Source: Sulfolobales archaeon (lineage in GTDB: Archaea; Thermoproteota; Thermoprotei_A; Sulfolobales; NBVN01). From it: a stretch of 64,000 nucleotides of DNA. Shown here piece by piece: positions 38,605-48,618 of this stretch. Every line of letters begins with the position of its first letter. The stretch's first letter is position 1. Under the pieces are notes generated by a model. It was given only the letters and a program-made list of their open reading frames with translations. It did not search any database and had not been told where the DNA came from. A program made the position numbers and the translations under genes. The stretch lies in contig JAWBTQ010000002.1 in assembly GCA_038841535.1 (NCBI GenBank), positions 1 through 64,000 of the forward strand, read 5' to 3'.

Positions 38605-39581
38605 CCCCTCCTTACGTATCTTATTCTAGGGTCTACTACGGCGTAAAGCATGTCGGCAATGAAGTTTGCCACTATGACGGTGATCGCTAGCATGAAGAAC
38701 GCAGCGTTGAGTACTGGATAGTCCTTGTATATTATTGACTCATATATGAGGTATCCGACACCTGGATATGAAAACACAGTCTCGGTTATAACGGCACCTC
38801 CAACTATGTGACCAAGTCTTATTGCGAGCATAGTTAACGGTGGGAGAAGAGCGTTTCTCATAGCGTGCCTCATCACGACGCTCTCTGGGAGACCCTTAGC
38901 CTTAGCAACAAATATGAAGTCCTCCTCCAAAACGTCGACCATGGAGTTCCTGGTTACTAGGGTGTATGAGGCGTAGGCTGTCAGAGTAACAGCGACTACC
39001 GGGAGAGTTAAGTGCCAGATTACATCGGCAACATACTCAAGGAAGTTAGTGTGTGTTATGCCAGGAGTTATTGCATGCGCTACCGGGAAGATCCGAAGGA
39101 TGTATCCGAAAGCGTACTGCATCATAAGGGCCAGCCAGTAGTAGGGGATGGCATATACTACGATAGCCGATAGGGTGACCGAGATGTCTACCTTAGTACC
39201 TCTTCTCCATCCTGCTATAATCCCCATCACAATGCCAAAGATAGATACGGTCATAGAAGTAATACCTTGGAGTAGCAAAGTCCACGGGAGTCTCTCCATG
39301 ACTAACTCATATACTGCCATCGGGTAATACTTGTAGCTGTAGCCCCACTGACCGGTAAAAAGGCTCTCCAGGTAAGCAAAGAACTGCTCGTGAAGAGGTC
39401 GGTCTAATTTCCATAAACTCCTGAGAACTCTAACAGTATCTGATGGAAGGTTGTACTCGTTTGCTAAGATAGAAGCCGGGTCTCCCGGCATAGCTCTGGG
39501 CAGCAGGAAATTCAGTAAAACGATAATGAAGAAAACAACCAACACTCTAAGGAGTCTGCTAAGTAAAAAATACCGTAGCAT
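38601..39581 (-). CDS. Peptide/nickel ABC transporter permease (DppB/OppB)
   Basis: MPGDP, RLPWT, HLTLP, AKAKGL, ETVFSYPG.G and DPRIR motifs. Confidence 0.93.
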   Translation of the reverse strand: MLRYFLLSRLLRVLVVFFIIVLLNFLLPRAMPGDPASILANEYNLPSDTVRVLRSLWKLDRPLHEQFFAYLESLFTGQWGYSYKYYPMAVYELVMERLPWTLLLQGITSMTVSIFGIVMGIIAGWRRGTKVDISVTLSAIVVYAIPYYWLALMMQYAFGYILRIFPVAHAITPGITHTNFLEYVADVIWHLTLPVVAVTLTAYASYTLVTRNSMVDVLEEDFIFVAKAKGLPESVVMRHAMRNALLPPLTMLAIRLGHIVGGAVITETVFSYPGVGYLIYESIIYKDYPVLNAAFFMLAITVIVANFIADMLYAVVDPRIRYVRRG

Positions 39582-39590
39582 TCTCGAACC

Positions 39591-41474
39591 CTACCGTCTT
39601 CTAGTAACTAAGAATGCGATGGCACCTATGAATACTACCAGTAGTATGGCTACTAGCACTAATGTTTCCGTTGGTATACCTGCTATTTGCGGAGGAGTCC
39701 CTGTTACGGTTAATGTTCCAACTCGAACCTCGGTCTGAGTCATAATTACCGTGGTTCCCCCAACGACTTGCGTAATCTCCCTGACCTGGGTTACAGGTAT
39801 CGTGGTTATGACCGGTACTTGGGTTATGATAGTTACAACTTCAGGTCTCCTAGGTGATAGATTGAGTACGGAAATCTTCGAGGTAGGGCCTTCGGACTCC
39901 ACCCACCCGACGAATCTCTCGGTTCTGTAGGCTACAAGAGCAGTCTTCATGTAGATCGTGAGAGCGGGTATGTCTCTCGCTACTACCTCCTGTATTTTCC
40001 ATATTATCTCACGCCTTCCCTCCGGGCTTAAAGTTCTTCTCTGCAGCTCTAGCAGGATATCGAGCTCCGGGTTCCTGTATCTGAACCAGTTTCTTCCAGC
40101 GTATGTTCCAAGAGGATATGCTTGCGAGCTGTGGAACCTCTCGTATAGGTAGTAATCTAGGTCTGTTGTTATAGACATTCCGATACCCATAAAGCCAATG
40201 TCGAAGTCTCCAACACCCTCTCTCTGATCTACGGTGCCGAGAGCTTGGGCCTCGATGGAGGCATCAATACCTATCCTCTTAAGCCACCCTGCGACAAGCT
40301 CCGCAGACCTTTCGAATTCAGCGAGGCCGGATATCGTGAGAATCTTGAACTTAAGTATTGTACCGTTAGGGGTCTCCCTTATGCCGTCTCCATCCCTATC
40401 TATAAATCCTAGTTTGTCTAGTATTTCTGCTGCCTTAGTAAAGTTCTGCTTCCTGTACTTAACATCTGGGTTGTACCAAGTACCGAAGAGTGGTTGTACC
40501 CACCCATCGGCAGCCGGGTATCCGTACCCAAGCATGACTATCCTAACTATAGCTTCCTTATCTATAGCGTACGCTAAGGCCTCTCTAAACTCTCTAATGG
40601 AGAAGGGGTATCTGTCGTTATTGAAACCTATGAATCTCAGCGAGGCTGTGTACGTTAGCTCCACGATCCTAATGTTCGGGTCTTTTAGGAGAACTGGAAC
40701 TAGCTCTGGAGCTACAGTTGTAGCGGTTATCGCGTCGATGTTACCAGCTTGAAGGTCTAGCATCAGTGCATCAGTACTCTTGTATAGTACTACAACTAAT
40801 CTGTCGACCTTCGGCCTCCCTCTGTAGTAGTTTTCGTTAGCTACAAGCTCTATAGAGACTCCAGGTGTGTACTTCACAAATCTAAATGGGCCACTGCCGA
40901 CGGGGTTCTCCATGTTCTTAAACGTAGTCGGATCTACCTCGGACCAGACGTGTTTGGGAAGGGGTGGGATCAGAGCTCCTATGTAGAATAGTGCCGGTGC
41001 GTAGGGCTCTTTTAGCTTGAACTCTACCGTTCTGTCGTCTACGGCCTTAACGTACTCAATGTACTTTCGAAGACCCCACTTATCTAGCTTATCCGAGTAG
41101 TTCGATGCCACGATTAGGTTGAACGTAAACTCGACGTCTCCCGCTGTAACCGGTTTACCGTCGTGCCAGTAAGCACCAGACCTGAGCTTGAATCTCAACA
41201 GTAGCTTCTCAGAGTCGACAGAGTAGGACTCCGCCAGCCACGGAATATAGGTTCCATTAGCCGATATGTATACCAGGGTATCATAGAGTATTCCCCTGAT
41301 GTAGCCAGCAGCAGCGAATAACCCTATTAGGGGGTTGAAGTTGTCAATTTGGTCAGGCATACCTAACTTAAGGACGACTTCCTGAGCTATGGAGGTGCTC
41401 GTGTAAGGACCGAGTAGCCCCAGCAACATCATTAATACAGTAGCTACTATGAAGGCTCTGTCTAAGTTCTTCAT
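39591..41474 (-). CDS. Peptide ABC transporter substrate-binding protein (family 5) with Thr-rich linker and C-terminal TM anchor
   Basis: PWLAES, WHDGKPVTAGDVEFT, VGSGPF and DRDGDGIRE motifs; GGTG upstream of ATG 41474. Confidence 0.93.
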   Translation of the reverse strand: MKNLDRAFIVATVLMMLLGLLGPYTSTSIAQEVVLKLGMPDQIDNFNPLIGLFAAAGYIRGILYDTLVYISANGTYIPWLAESYSVDSEKLLLRFKLRSGAYWHDGKPVTAGDVEFTFNLIVASNYSDKLDKWGLRKYIEYVKAVDDRTVEFKLKEPYAPALFYIGALIPPLPKHVWSEVDPTTFKNMENPVGSGPFRFVKYTPGVSIELVANENYYRGRPKVDRLVVVLYKSTDALMLDLQAGNIDAITATTVAPELVPVLLKDPNIRIVELTYTASLRFIGFNNDRYPFSIREFREALAYAIDKEAIVRIVMLGYGYPAADGWVQPLFGTWYNPDVKYRKQNFTKAAEILDKLGFIDRDGDGIRETPNGTILKFKILTISGLAEFERSAELVAGWLKRIGIDASIEAQALGTVDQREGVGDFDIGFMGIGMSITTDLDYYLYERFHSSQAYPLGTYAGRNWFRYRNPELDILLELQRRTLSPEGRREIIWKIQEVVARDIPALTIYMKTALVAYRTERFVGWVESEGPTSKISVLNLSPRRPEVVTIITQVPVITTIPVTQVREITQVVGGTTVIMTQTEVRVGTLTVTGTPPQIAGIPTETLVLVAILLVVFIGAIAFLVTRRR

Positions 41475-41652
41475 GATATAGTACACCAAATACTGCACGC
41501 GCATCATAGGTAAAATAGCACTAGGGTAAGTAACTTTCTCTCTTTTCTTGCGCAGAGGAGGCGGAGCTTAACTCCGCATCTTAAGTTAGCTCGGTTGGGA
41601 TGGTGAATAAGAAGACTTATTAGCTTCATCATCATTAAATATAGGGCTTTAA

Positions 41653-42198
41653 GTGAGTAAGCGAAGAAAAGAGGAGGAAGACCCGTTCGAAAGGATTAAC
41701 AAGCTCTTTCGAGAGATGTTCGAAGAGTTCGACGAAGAAGTCAAGAGACTGATGAGAGAAATGGAGAGAGCTCATGAGTTCGGTCTAGAGCATTACAGGT
41801 CTATGGTCGGAAAGCCTTATGTATGGGGCTTTGAGATAACTATAGGACCGGACGGAGTTCCTAAGATCAAGGAGTTCGGAAATATAAGGAGGATAGGTAG
41901 AGCTCCCAAGGTGTCCGAGGAAGTAGAGCCCATAATTGACGTAATCGACGAGGAAGACAAGGTTAGGGTCGTAGCAGAGCTCCCTGGAGTAGAGAAGGAC
42001 AAGATAAGCCTGAAGACTTCTGGGATGAAGCTGATAATTAAGGCAAGCAATCACAAGAAGTACTATAAAGAAGTGGAGCTCCCAGCAGAAGTAGATATTT
42101 CCACTGCAAGGGCTACGTACCGAAACGGTGTACTCGAAGTAGAGCTAAAGAAGAGGAAACACGCGGAGAAAGAAGAAAGAGAGATCAAGGTAGAGTAG
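41653..42198 (+). CDS. hsp20: Archaeal small heat-shock protein (Hsp20)
   Basis: PYVWGF.ITIGPDG.P.I.EFGN, AELPGV.K and ATYRNGVLEV motifs. Confidence 0.95.
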   Translation: MSKRRKEEEDPFERINKLFREMFEEFDEEVKRLMREMERAHEFGLEHYRSMVGKPYVWGFEITIGPDGVPKIKEFGNIRRIGRAPKVSEEVEPIIDVIDEEDKVRVVAELPGVEKDKISLKTSGMKLIIKASNHKKYYKEVELPAEVDISTARATYRNGVLEVELKKRKHAEKEEREIKVE

Positions 42199-42575
42199 CG
42201 TCGCGGTTACGCAGCTAGAGTGCCTAACCACAGGTTTTCGTAGTTCATGGACCTTGCTTCGTGCTTCAGAACAGTTTTGAGTAACTTAGTCCGCTAAGGT
42301 TATTAGGACTTATATCTAGGGAGTTTCATCTTAGTGTTTTGAGAAGAAATTACAAGCTTTAGGCTATCTCGATTATAAGTTATAAGCTAGAGCAGTATAT
42401 GATTTAAGTATAGAGTAGACGGAAACACCGACCTAAATAACCTTATGATAGCTTCTACCCTTAGATGGGGACTGCGGATCGTTAGTCCCGACGGCCATTC
42501 TATTCACGAACCTATGGGAGCACAAGGTCCCCTCGAGTTGACTGAGAGATATGAGATAGGGGATGTAGTCAGGAG

Positions 42576-42700
42576 GTTAGCTCTGGTGTTGATTTACACT
42601 GGGCAGTGTCATTGCCTCATCTCATTCCCCCGCATCCCGCTCGGGTTATCGGCTTGGGGGCGTTCAGGACGACTCCGGCACCCCGAATTTTGTGTATCTG
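42576..42700 (-). mobile_element. IS200/IS605-family (tnpB) 3'-end/omegaRNA-region remnant, copy A
   Basis: Collinear similarity to copy B, including an identical 16-mer CGGGATGCGGGGGAAT (42624-42639 rc) and a terminal CAGAGCTAAC. Confidence 0.65.
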
Positions 42701-42969
42701 ATGTCTGTGATCGCTCTTGAGTGAGCCGATTTTCAGCTTCCCTACGAGCTCCCATATCTTCATCGAGAAGCTTCTACGCACTATTCTATAAAGAGACACT
42801 TATAGGTGTCTCTAACGCATTAGCGAGAGTAGCATCAATCACTACAAACCAATACAAAACCAGAAACAACTCTGCAGAGCACCAATAAAATGTAGAGACA
42901 AACTGTAGTAAACCGGGCTATGTGCTTCCGGTTTTTTATGTCTTTCAAAGCTCGAGAAGTTATAGGGGC

Positions 42970-43356
42970 ATGTACCTAGAGGTACTAGTGCTTTATAGGC
43001 TGGCTGGTAAGGTAGACTTGCTATATGCTTTAAAAGCTCTCTCTACTGGTAAATCGAGTTACCGAGAAGTCTCCGAGAGGTATGGAGTAAACCAGGGTTC
43101 CCTGGAGAACGTCTTCAGGGATGTATGTGGTGGGCGCTATCAGTTGTGCGTGAAGGTCTTGCCAACAGCTGTAGACGTAGTCTTATCGAGAGTGCCGTCC
43201 GTAGGTACTAGAGGCTACTGCGGTCTATGCGGTGTGGTCATCTCCAACTTACCTCTTCACTTAGGGAAAAAGCACAGAGATGTCGTAGAGTATTACACGA
43301 ACATGGTGCGTAGCGAAATAGCTGAGTTACTGAGGAAGGAGTTATTGGTTTCATGA
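42970..43356 (+). CDS. Hypothetical HTH plus C2H2-type zinc finger protein
   Basis: SYREVSERYGVNQGSL (HTH-like) and CGLC...HLGKKH; ATG at 42970. Confidence 0.7.
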   Translation: MYLEVLVLYRLAGKVDLLYALKALSTGKSSYREVSERYGVNQGSLENVFRDVCGGRYQLCVKVLPTAVDVVLSRVPSVGTRGYCGLCGVVISNLPLHLGKKHRDVVEYYTNMVRSEIAELLRKELLVS

Positions 43357-44166
43357 TTAGCCGAAGTTAAATTTCAATGAATATACGTCTTCTCTTCTAA
43401 GGCTCAGCAGTGGCAGGATTCTCCTAGCTTCGTGCACGTAGTCGACGTCTATTTCGTACTCTGCGTACTTCTCGCCTATCCCGAGGTCTAGTAAAACCAC
43501 ACCTAGAGGGTCCACGACCATGCTCCTACCGGTAAAGGTAGGCCCGAACTGGTTAGCAACTACTACGTAGTACACGTTCTCGCTAGCTCTACTGCGGGAC
43601 AGAAACTCGAGGGTTTCCTCTTTGAGGGGTCCGCTGTACCAAGCTGACGGTACGAAGACTACCTCAGCCCCCGAGAGGGCATAGTATCTAAAGACCTCTG
43701 GAAACCTGAGGTCAAAGCATACTGCGACAGCTGCCCTACACGACCTAACTTCGAATACCCTGCTTGGAGCATTCCCAGGAGTTACGTATTCAGATTCTCT
43801 ATAACCTAGAGAGTCGAATAGGTGTAGCTTTCTATACACTGCGATAACCTCTTCTCTAGGTGATAAGACGACGGCTGTATTGTACACTCTAGGGTATTCG
43901 GCTTTCTCAAAAAACGTAACGAGGACGTGCGTAGAGAACTCTTTAGCAAACCTCTTAAACTCTGAGATGTATGGTCCTTCTAAGTTCTCAGATTCTCCGT
44001 ATACCTCCTCTGGAGTGCGGCCACTTAGTGCGAGCATGGAGTACTCTGGGAGAACCACTATGTCGGCTTCAACTTTCTTAATTAACAGAAAAACTTTCTC
44101 TAGGTTAGCCCTCTTACTCGGAGAAGAACCGAACTGAAGAATACCGACCCTCAGGGCTCTACTCAA
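43357..44166 (-). CDS. Carbon-nitrogen hydrolase (nitrilase superfamily, Nit1/deaminated-glutathione amidase-like)
   Basis: LPEY, YRKLHLFD and VCFDLRFPE (Glu-Lys-Cys triad), RASEN and GRSMVVDPLG motifs. Confidence 0.92.
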   Translation of the reverse strand: MSRALRVGILQFGSSPSKRANLEKVFLLIKKVEADIVVLPEYSMLALSGRTPEEVYGESENLEGPYISEFKRFAKEFSTHVLVTFFEKAEYPRVYNTAVVLSPREEVIAVYRKLHLFDSLGYRESEYVTPGNAPSRVFEVRSCRAAVAVCFDLRFPEVFRYYALSGAEVVFVPSAWYSGPLKEETLEFLSRSRASENVYYVVVANQFGPTFTGRSMVVDPLGVVLLDLGIGEKYAEYEIDVDYVHEARRILPLLSLRREDVYSLKFNFG

Positions 44167-44296
44167 AGCCTTACCCAGTAGCTAACCAGATCCAGGTATA
44201 AAACCTTCTGAAACTGCCTAGTTTTGCACCACGCTTTCGGAGCGTTTGCGGATTAGCATAACCAATTTCCAGCTCGTGCTGCACTGGTGAGATCCC

Positions 44297-44485
44297 TGCC
44301 TTAGATGCGAGTGGATAGGAGTCAGTGACGCGATAGCATGTTCAAACCTATTCCTTAGGTACTCAAGGTGTGGGGTTCTAGGGAACTCTGAAAACCCCTA
44401 AGCCCGATTATGACCTGATCGGGATGCGGGGGAATTTAGATAAGGTAGTATAATCAAACAATATGAACTGATGTCAGAGCTGAAC
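44297..44485 (+). mobile_element. IS200/IS605-family tnpB C-terminal/omegaRNA-region remnant, copy B
   Basis: Translates as CLRCEWIGVSDAIACSNLFLRYSRCGVLG (decayed CxxC zinc ribbon plus DRD..A..N RuvC-III segment), followed by non-coding sequence shared with copy A and ending CAGAGCTGAAC. Confidence 0.72.
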
Positions 44486-44543
44486 CACATAACCAACGTA
44501 TTTAAATCTGTTGCTCCGGTTAACTAGTGAAGGTGTGAACCTC

Positions 44544-45944
44544 GTGACTGCGTTAATTGATTCGTTAATATTCGTGGCTTACTTGGCTGTTCTCTTAGTC
44601 ATCGGCTACATGACTACTAGGTGGACTAAGGGGTTCGAAGACTTCTCAGTAGCTGGGAGGAGGCTTAAGCTATGGTTAGCTTTCTCAACAGTTGCTGCTA
44701 CGTGGATAGGAGGCGGTATAACTATTGGTGTAGCCGCTAGAGCATACGCTGGCAGAATGATAGGTGCCTGGGGGACCACCATAGGCTTCGGGTCGACGCT
44801 AATACTCTTAGGGTTGCTCTACGCAGGTCCCCTACGCAAGCTTAGGCTTCATACTCTCGCTGACTACTACGCGTACAGGTTCGGTAAGTCCTGGCTTGGC
44901 GGGCTGTCTGGGGCATTGATGTACGTTGCTTACGTATTTGCTGTTACTGCTCAAGTAGTTGCTGGCGCAGTACTGCTTTCCGCAGTATTCGGCTGGGACT
45001 ATAGCGCCTCCGTTCTCGTGAGTGGTAGTGTCATAGTTGCCTACACGGTTATGGGGGGTCTCTGGGCTGTCGCTCTAACAGACTTCGTACAGATACTCCT
45101 TATCTTTGCTGGCGTCTTGGTAGCTACAGTTATTGGAGTAAGCTATGTCGGCTTAGATAAGCTATCGATACTAATTAGTGAAACCAAGGCCTTCGACCTC
45201 AGAGTGATACTAACTATAGACTTCTGGGCTCTATTTCTCGTCTTATCTCTAGGAGATATTCCAGCACCAGATCTCATACAGAGAGTCTACGCGTCTAAGG
45301 ACGAGAAAACAGCGAAGTTTTCATCTCTACTAGCAGGGTTCGCATACTATGCTGCTGGGGTGACCTCTGTACTAGTTGGACTAGTAGTTAAATACTTAAA
45401 GCCAGGTCTAGACGATCCGAACCTAGCATACCCGGTCTTGATCAAGTACTTTCTCCCAGTCGGTCTCTCAGGTCTAGTGCTCTCGGGGTTGATGGCAGCT
45501 GTAATGAGTAATGCGGACAGCATGCTCCTCGCTCCGTCTATAGTACTAGCCAAGAACATCGTAAGAGACTTATTCAAAAAAGACATGAGTGAGGAAGAGC
45601 TATTTAGAGTGAGTAGATATGCTGTAATAGTGCTAGGGGTTCTAGCCATAGTGGCGGGGCTAGCGAGAGCCGACGTCCTATACTGGCTAACTCTGGCCTT
45701 CGACGTCTTGTTTGCCAGTCTCTTCATACCCTTGACTCTCGGACTCTTCTGGGCAGGGTTTAACTGGCAAGGCGCTACAGCATCTATAGTCGTTGGCTCA
45801 GTCTCTAGACTGTTCCTAGAGTGGGCACTCAATGCCGAACTACTGGCTGAGTGGTGGATAGCTAGCCTGGGAGCACCCCTCGTTAGCTTAGTCGCGGGAA
45901 TGGCGGTATTCGTAATTACGAGAAGCCGATCTGAAAGAACGTAA
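44544..45944 (+). CDS. Sodium:solute symporter family protein
   Basis: DF.VAGR.L, ATWIGGG, YT..GGLWAVALTD, QRVYASKD and AAVMS.ADS motifs. Confidence 0.93.
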   Translation: MTALIDSLIFVAYLAVLLVIGYMTTRWTKGFEDFSVAGRRLKLWLAFSTVAATWIGGGITIGVAARAYAGRMIGAWGTTIGFGSTLILLGLLYAGPLRKLRLHTLADYYAYRFGKSWLGGLSGALMYVAYVFAVTAQVVAGAVLLSAVFGWDYSASVLVSGSVIVAYTVMGGLWAVALTDFVQILLIFAGVLVATVIGVSYVGLDKLSILISETKAFDLRVILTIDFWALFLVLSLGDIPAPDLIQRVYASKDEKTAKFSSLLAGFAYYAAGVTSVLVGLVVKYLKPGLDDPNLAYPVLIKYFLPVGLSGLVLSGLMAAVMSNADSMLLAPSIVLAKNIVRDLFKKDMSEEELFRVSRYAVIVLGVLAIVAGLARADVLYWLTLAFDVLFASLFIPLTLGLFWAGFNWQGATASIVVGSVSRLFLEWALNAELLAEWWIASLGAPLVSLVAGMAVFVITRSRSERT

Positions 45945-45977
45945 AAGAGAAGAAGAGAGAAAAACAGGCTTAGGACT

Positions 45978-47525
45978 TTAGGAGTACAGTATATTTTTGT
46001 ACTCTTCGAAAGTCCTAACCTCTTCCTGTGATGGCTTAGTAAGAGCTCTTACTACGAGGGCTATGACTATGTTGATAGCGAGGCCTAGCAACCCGGCAAC
46101 TGCTGCGTGGTAAGTGACAGGCATTCCGAAGTACTTCCCCGTCTGTACCGTAAAGAGCGTTACGATGATGGAGCCGGCCACGAAGCCTGCCACTGCTCCT
46201 TGTTTGTTTATTACTTTTCGCTTTGGGATGACCATCTGGATGGTCATCGGTACTAGCTGAAGGCCCCCGGCGACGGCTATTGCGGTTATATCGAAGATGA
46301 GTCCAGGCTTGAGTATGGCAAAGTACCAACCGACCAGCATCCAGACGAACATGAGGAGCCTGCTGATGAGCACGTATTCCTCTTCACGTCTACCTGGTCT
46401 AACGTACCTCTGGTATATGTCTCTCGTAAGCAGAAGTGACGTCGAGCCCAAGAACGAGTCGAGAGTAGACATAGCTGCCGCAGCAGCTCCTGCTAGTAGG
46501 AAACCTGCTACCGCTGGGTGCAGGAATGTAGTAATCATGGTAGCCATTATAGCATCATCGCTCCCGTACTTAGCCCTCAGGACGTCCATAAAGCCCTTCT
46601 CGAGGACGCCGGGCATGCCTACAGCGTTTACTACCGCTGCTGATAGCCCGATCATAGCTGCCGGTATGTAGTAAGACGATAGATAGAGTGCTGTCCCAAC
46701 GGCAGAAGCCTTAAGTATCCTCTCGTCTCGCGCTACGTAGTACTTTATCCAGAGATGCGGTAAAAGCATTAGACCCGGTCCGTAGATCATTATCGTTCCA
46801 AACATCATCAGCGGATCCCACTGCATAGTTAGTAGAGAAGGTTTCAGCGACCTAAGTTGGTTCATCACCTCTGGTAGTCCCCCCGGAGCTAATCTGCCGA
46901 TTATTAGAAGAGCCGCTAAAACTATACCCAAGTACATCCAAACACCCTGAAGAACGTCAGTCCAGTAGGCTGCTCTAAGACCTCCTAAAACCATGTAGAT
47001 GGTTGCCACGACCATCAGGATCAGAGACCCGTAGGCATAGGGGATCGCTCCGTTGCTCCCGATATCCAGTATGAGCCCCAGACCTACGGCTTGTACTACT
47101 ATGTAGGCTATCACGAAGAGAGCCATTATCACTGCTACTAGTACTCGAAGGAGTTCACTCCTATAGAAATCGGCTAAGCCGTCTGCTGGGGATATATGTC
47201 CTCTAGCTTTCCCCAGCTTCATGAGCCTTGTTCCAGCTAGGTACATGAACACTGCGGCCATAGTGGTCCAAGCAGATGAGGCAATCCAGAAAGTCACACC
47301 AGTCCTAGCGAATACAGCTACACTTGTCAGAAATGCGAACGCGCTATGATAAGTAGCGGCTGTAGCTAGAAACGTTACGATAGTTCCAGCACGCCTGCTG
47401 AGGATGTAGAAGTCCTCTAAAGACTTCTTTAACACTCGCCCAGATACATAGCCGATCAAAACGACCAGCAAGCAGTATACGAATATTATTACAGTAGTTA
47501 CTTGCCAGGCCTCCAAGCTAACCAC
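45978..47525 (-). CDS. Sodium:solute symporter family protein (PutP/PanF-like)
   Basis: AT.HSAFAF, GGLRAAYWTD.LQG and AAAMSTLDS motifs. Confidence 0.93.
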   Translation of the reverse strand: MVSLEAWQVTTVIIFVYCLLVVLIGYVSGRVLKKSLEDFYILSRRAGTIVTFLATAATYHSAFAFLTSVAVFARTGVTFWIASSAWTTMAAVFMYLAGTRLMKLGKARGHISPADGLADFYRSELLRVLVAVIMALFVIAYIVVQAVGLGLILDIGSNGAIPYAYGSLILMVVATIYMVLGGLRAAYWTDVLQGVWMYLGIVLAALLIIGRLAPGGLPEVMNQLRSLKPSLLTMQWDPLMMFGTIMIYGPGLMLLPHLWIKYYVARDERILKASAVGTALYLSSYYIPAAMIGLSAAVVNAVGMPGVLEKGFMDVLRAKYGSDDAIMATMITTFLHPAVAGFLLAGAAAAAMSTLDSFLGSTSLLLTRDIYQRYVRPGRREEEYVLISRLLMFVWMLVGWYFAILKPGLIFDITAIAVAGGLQLVPMTIQMVIPKRKVINKQGAVAGFVAGSIIVTLFTVQTGKYFGMPVTYHAAVAGLLGLAINIVIALVVRALTKPSQEEVRTFEEYKNILYS

Positions 47526-47736
47526 CCCTTATGTCTATCATTGCGTATAGTACTATGACAGCTATTGCCACCAGCCACCACAGCAGCGAGTACGCGTAAG
47601 CAGCGCTAAGCCCCCACAGAGAAGCGTCAGGTCTATTGACTAAGTAGACACCGAACGCTGCTGCCCACACTATGACGACAACAAGGGTGTAGAGGAGGTC
47701 TCGGGACTTTCTATAAGAAGCCGGGCTCGAAGTCAA
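47518..47736 (-). CDS. Small two-TM partner protein of the SSS transporter (DUF3311/DUF997-like)
   Basis: 72 aa with two hydrophobic helices; overlaps the SSS start by 8 nt. Confidence 0.72.
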   Translation of the reverse strand: MTSSPASYRKSRDLLYTLVVVIVWAAAFGVYLVNRPDASLWGLSAAYAYSLLWWLVAIAVIVLYAMIDIRGG

Positions 47737-47844
47737 GGTTTCACTCAGAATAATTGGTTAGATTTAAAAATATATACCTTTTTTACTTACCCGCTTTGCC
47801 GTAGGCTTTTATTCTCAGTTAAGAACTCCTTTGTCGGGGGAATA

Positions 47845-48615
47845 GTGGTTAAGTTAGTTGATCTCAATACGGATGCTGGGGAGTCTTACGGAAGGTGGGT
47901 TCTAGTAGACGAGGACCAGCTGTTTAGGTATGTAACTTCTGCCAACATAGCGTGCGGTTTTCACGCAGGTGACCCAGTCAGTATATGGAAATCAATTAGG
48001 TTAGCTAAGTCTCTAGGGGTCTCAGTTGGTGCTCACCCAGGCTTTCCCGACCTGATGGGATTCGGGAGGAGAGAGATGGTTCTCTCTACTGAGGAACTGA
48101 AGTCCTACATGCTTTACCAACTGGGTGCTCTAGACGCATTTCTGAAGGTTGAGGGCATGAGAATGCAGCACGTAAAGGCCCACGGAGCTCTGTACAACAT
48201 GGCGTGGGTTAGAGAGGATTACGCTAGGGCTTTATCTGAAGCAGTCTATTCCTACAATCCGAGGCTCGTTTTAGTAGCTCCCTACGGGTCTGCTTCGGCC
48301 AGGGTAGCTGAGGAGCTCGGCATCAGGGTAGCATACGAGGCGTTCATAGACAGAGGTTACACTTCCGACGGAAGGCTGGCTCCGAGGGGTACTGCTGGTG
48401 CCTTAATCACGAATATCGAGAAAATACTCGAAAGAGTGGTGTCTATTGTTGATAAGGGAGTAGTCGTATCCGTCGACGGCAAGCCAGTTGAAGTCAGAGC
48501 TCATACCCTCTGTATACACGGAGATAGCCCAGGGGCCATCGAGATAGCTAGAGCTGTCAACCAGAAACTGCGGGAACTAGGGATCGGGCTAAGACCTATC
48601 GCCGAGATAGTGTAG
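47845..48615 (+). CDS. pxpA: 5-oxoprolinase subunit A (LamB/YcsF)
   Basis: DLN.D.GESYG, SANIACGFHAGDP, GAHPG.PD..GFGRR, HVKAHGALYN and C.HGD motifs. Confidence 0.95.
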   Translation: MVKLVDLNTDAGESYGRWVLVDEDQLFRYVTSANIACGFHAGDPVSIWKSIRLAKSLGVSVGAHPGFPDLMGFGRREMVLSTEELKSYMLYQLGALDAFLKVEGMRMQHVKAHGALYNMAWVREDYARALSEAVYSYNPRLVLVAPYGSASARVAEELGIRVAYEAFIDRGYTSDGRLAPRGTAGALITNIEKILERVVSIVDKGVVVSVDGKPVEVRAHTLCIHGDSPGAIEIARAVNQKLRELGIGLRPIAEIV

Positions 48616-48618
48616 AGC

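Noticed and set aside
39715-39845. Repetitive Thr/Val-rich DNA (also ~19945-20055 and ~59740-59960)
   Set aside because: These are low-complexity linkers typical of crenarchaeal surface proteins, not a nucleotide repeat family.
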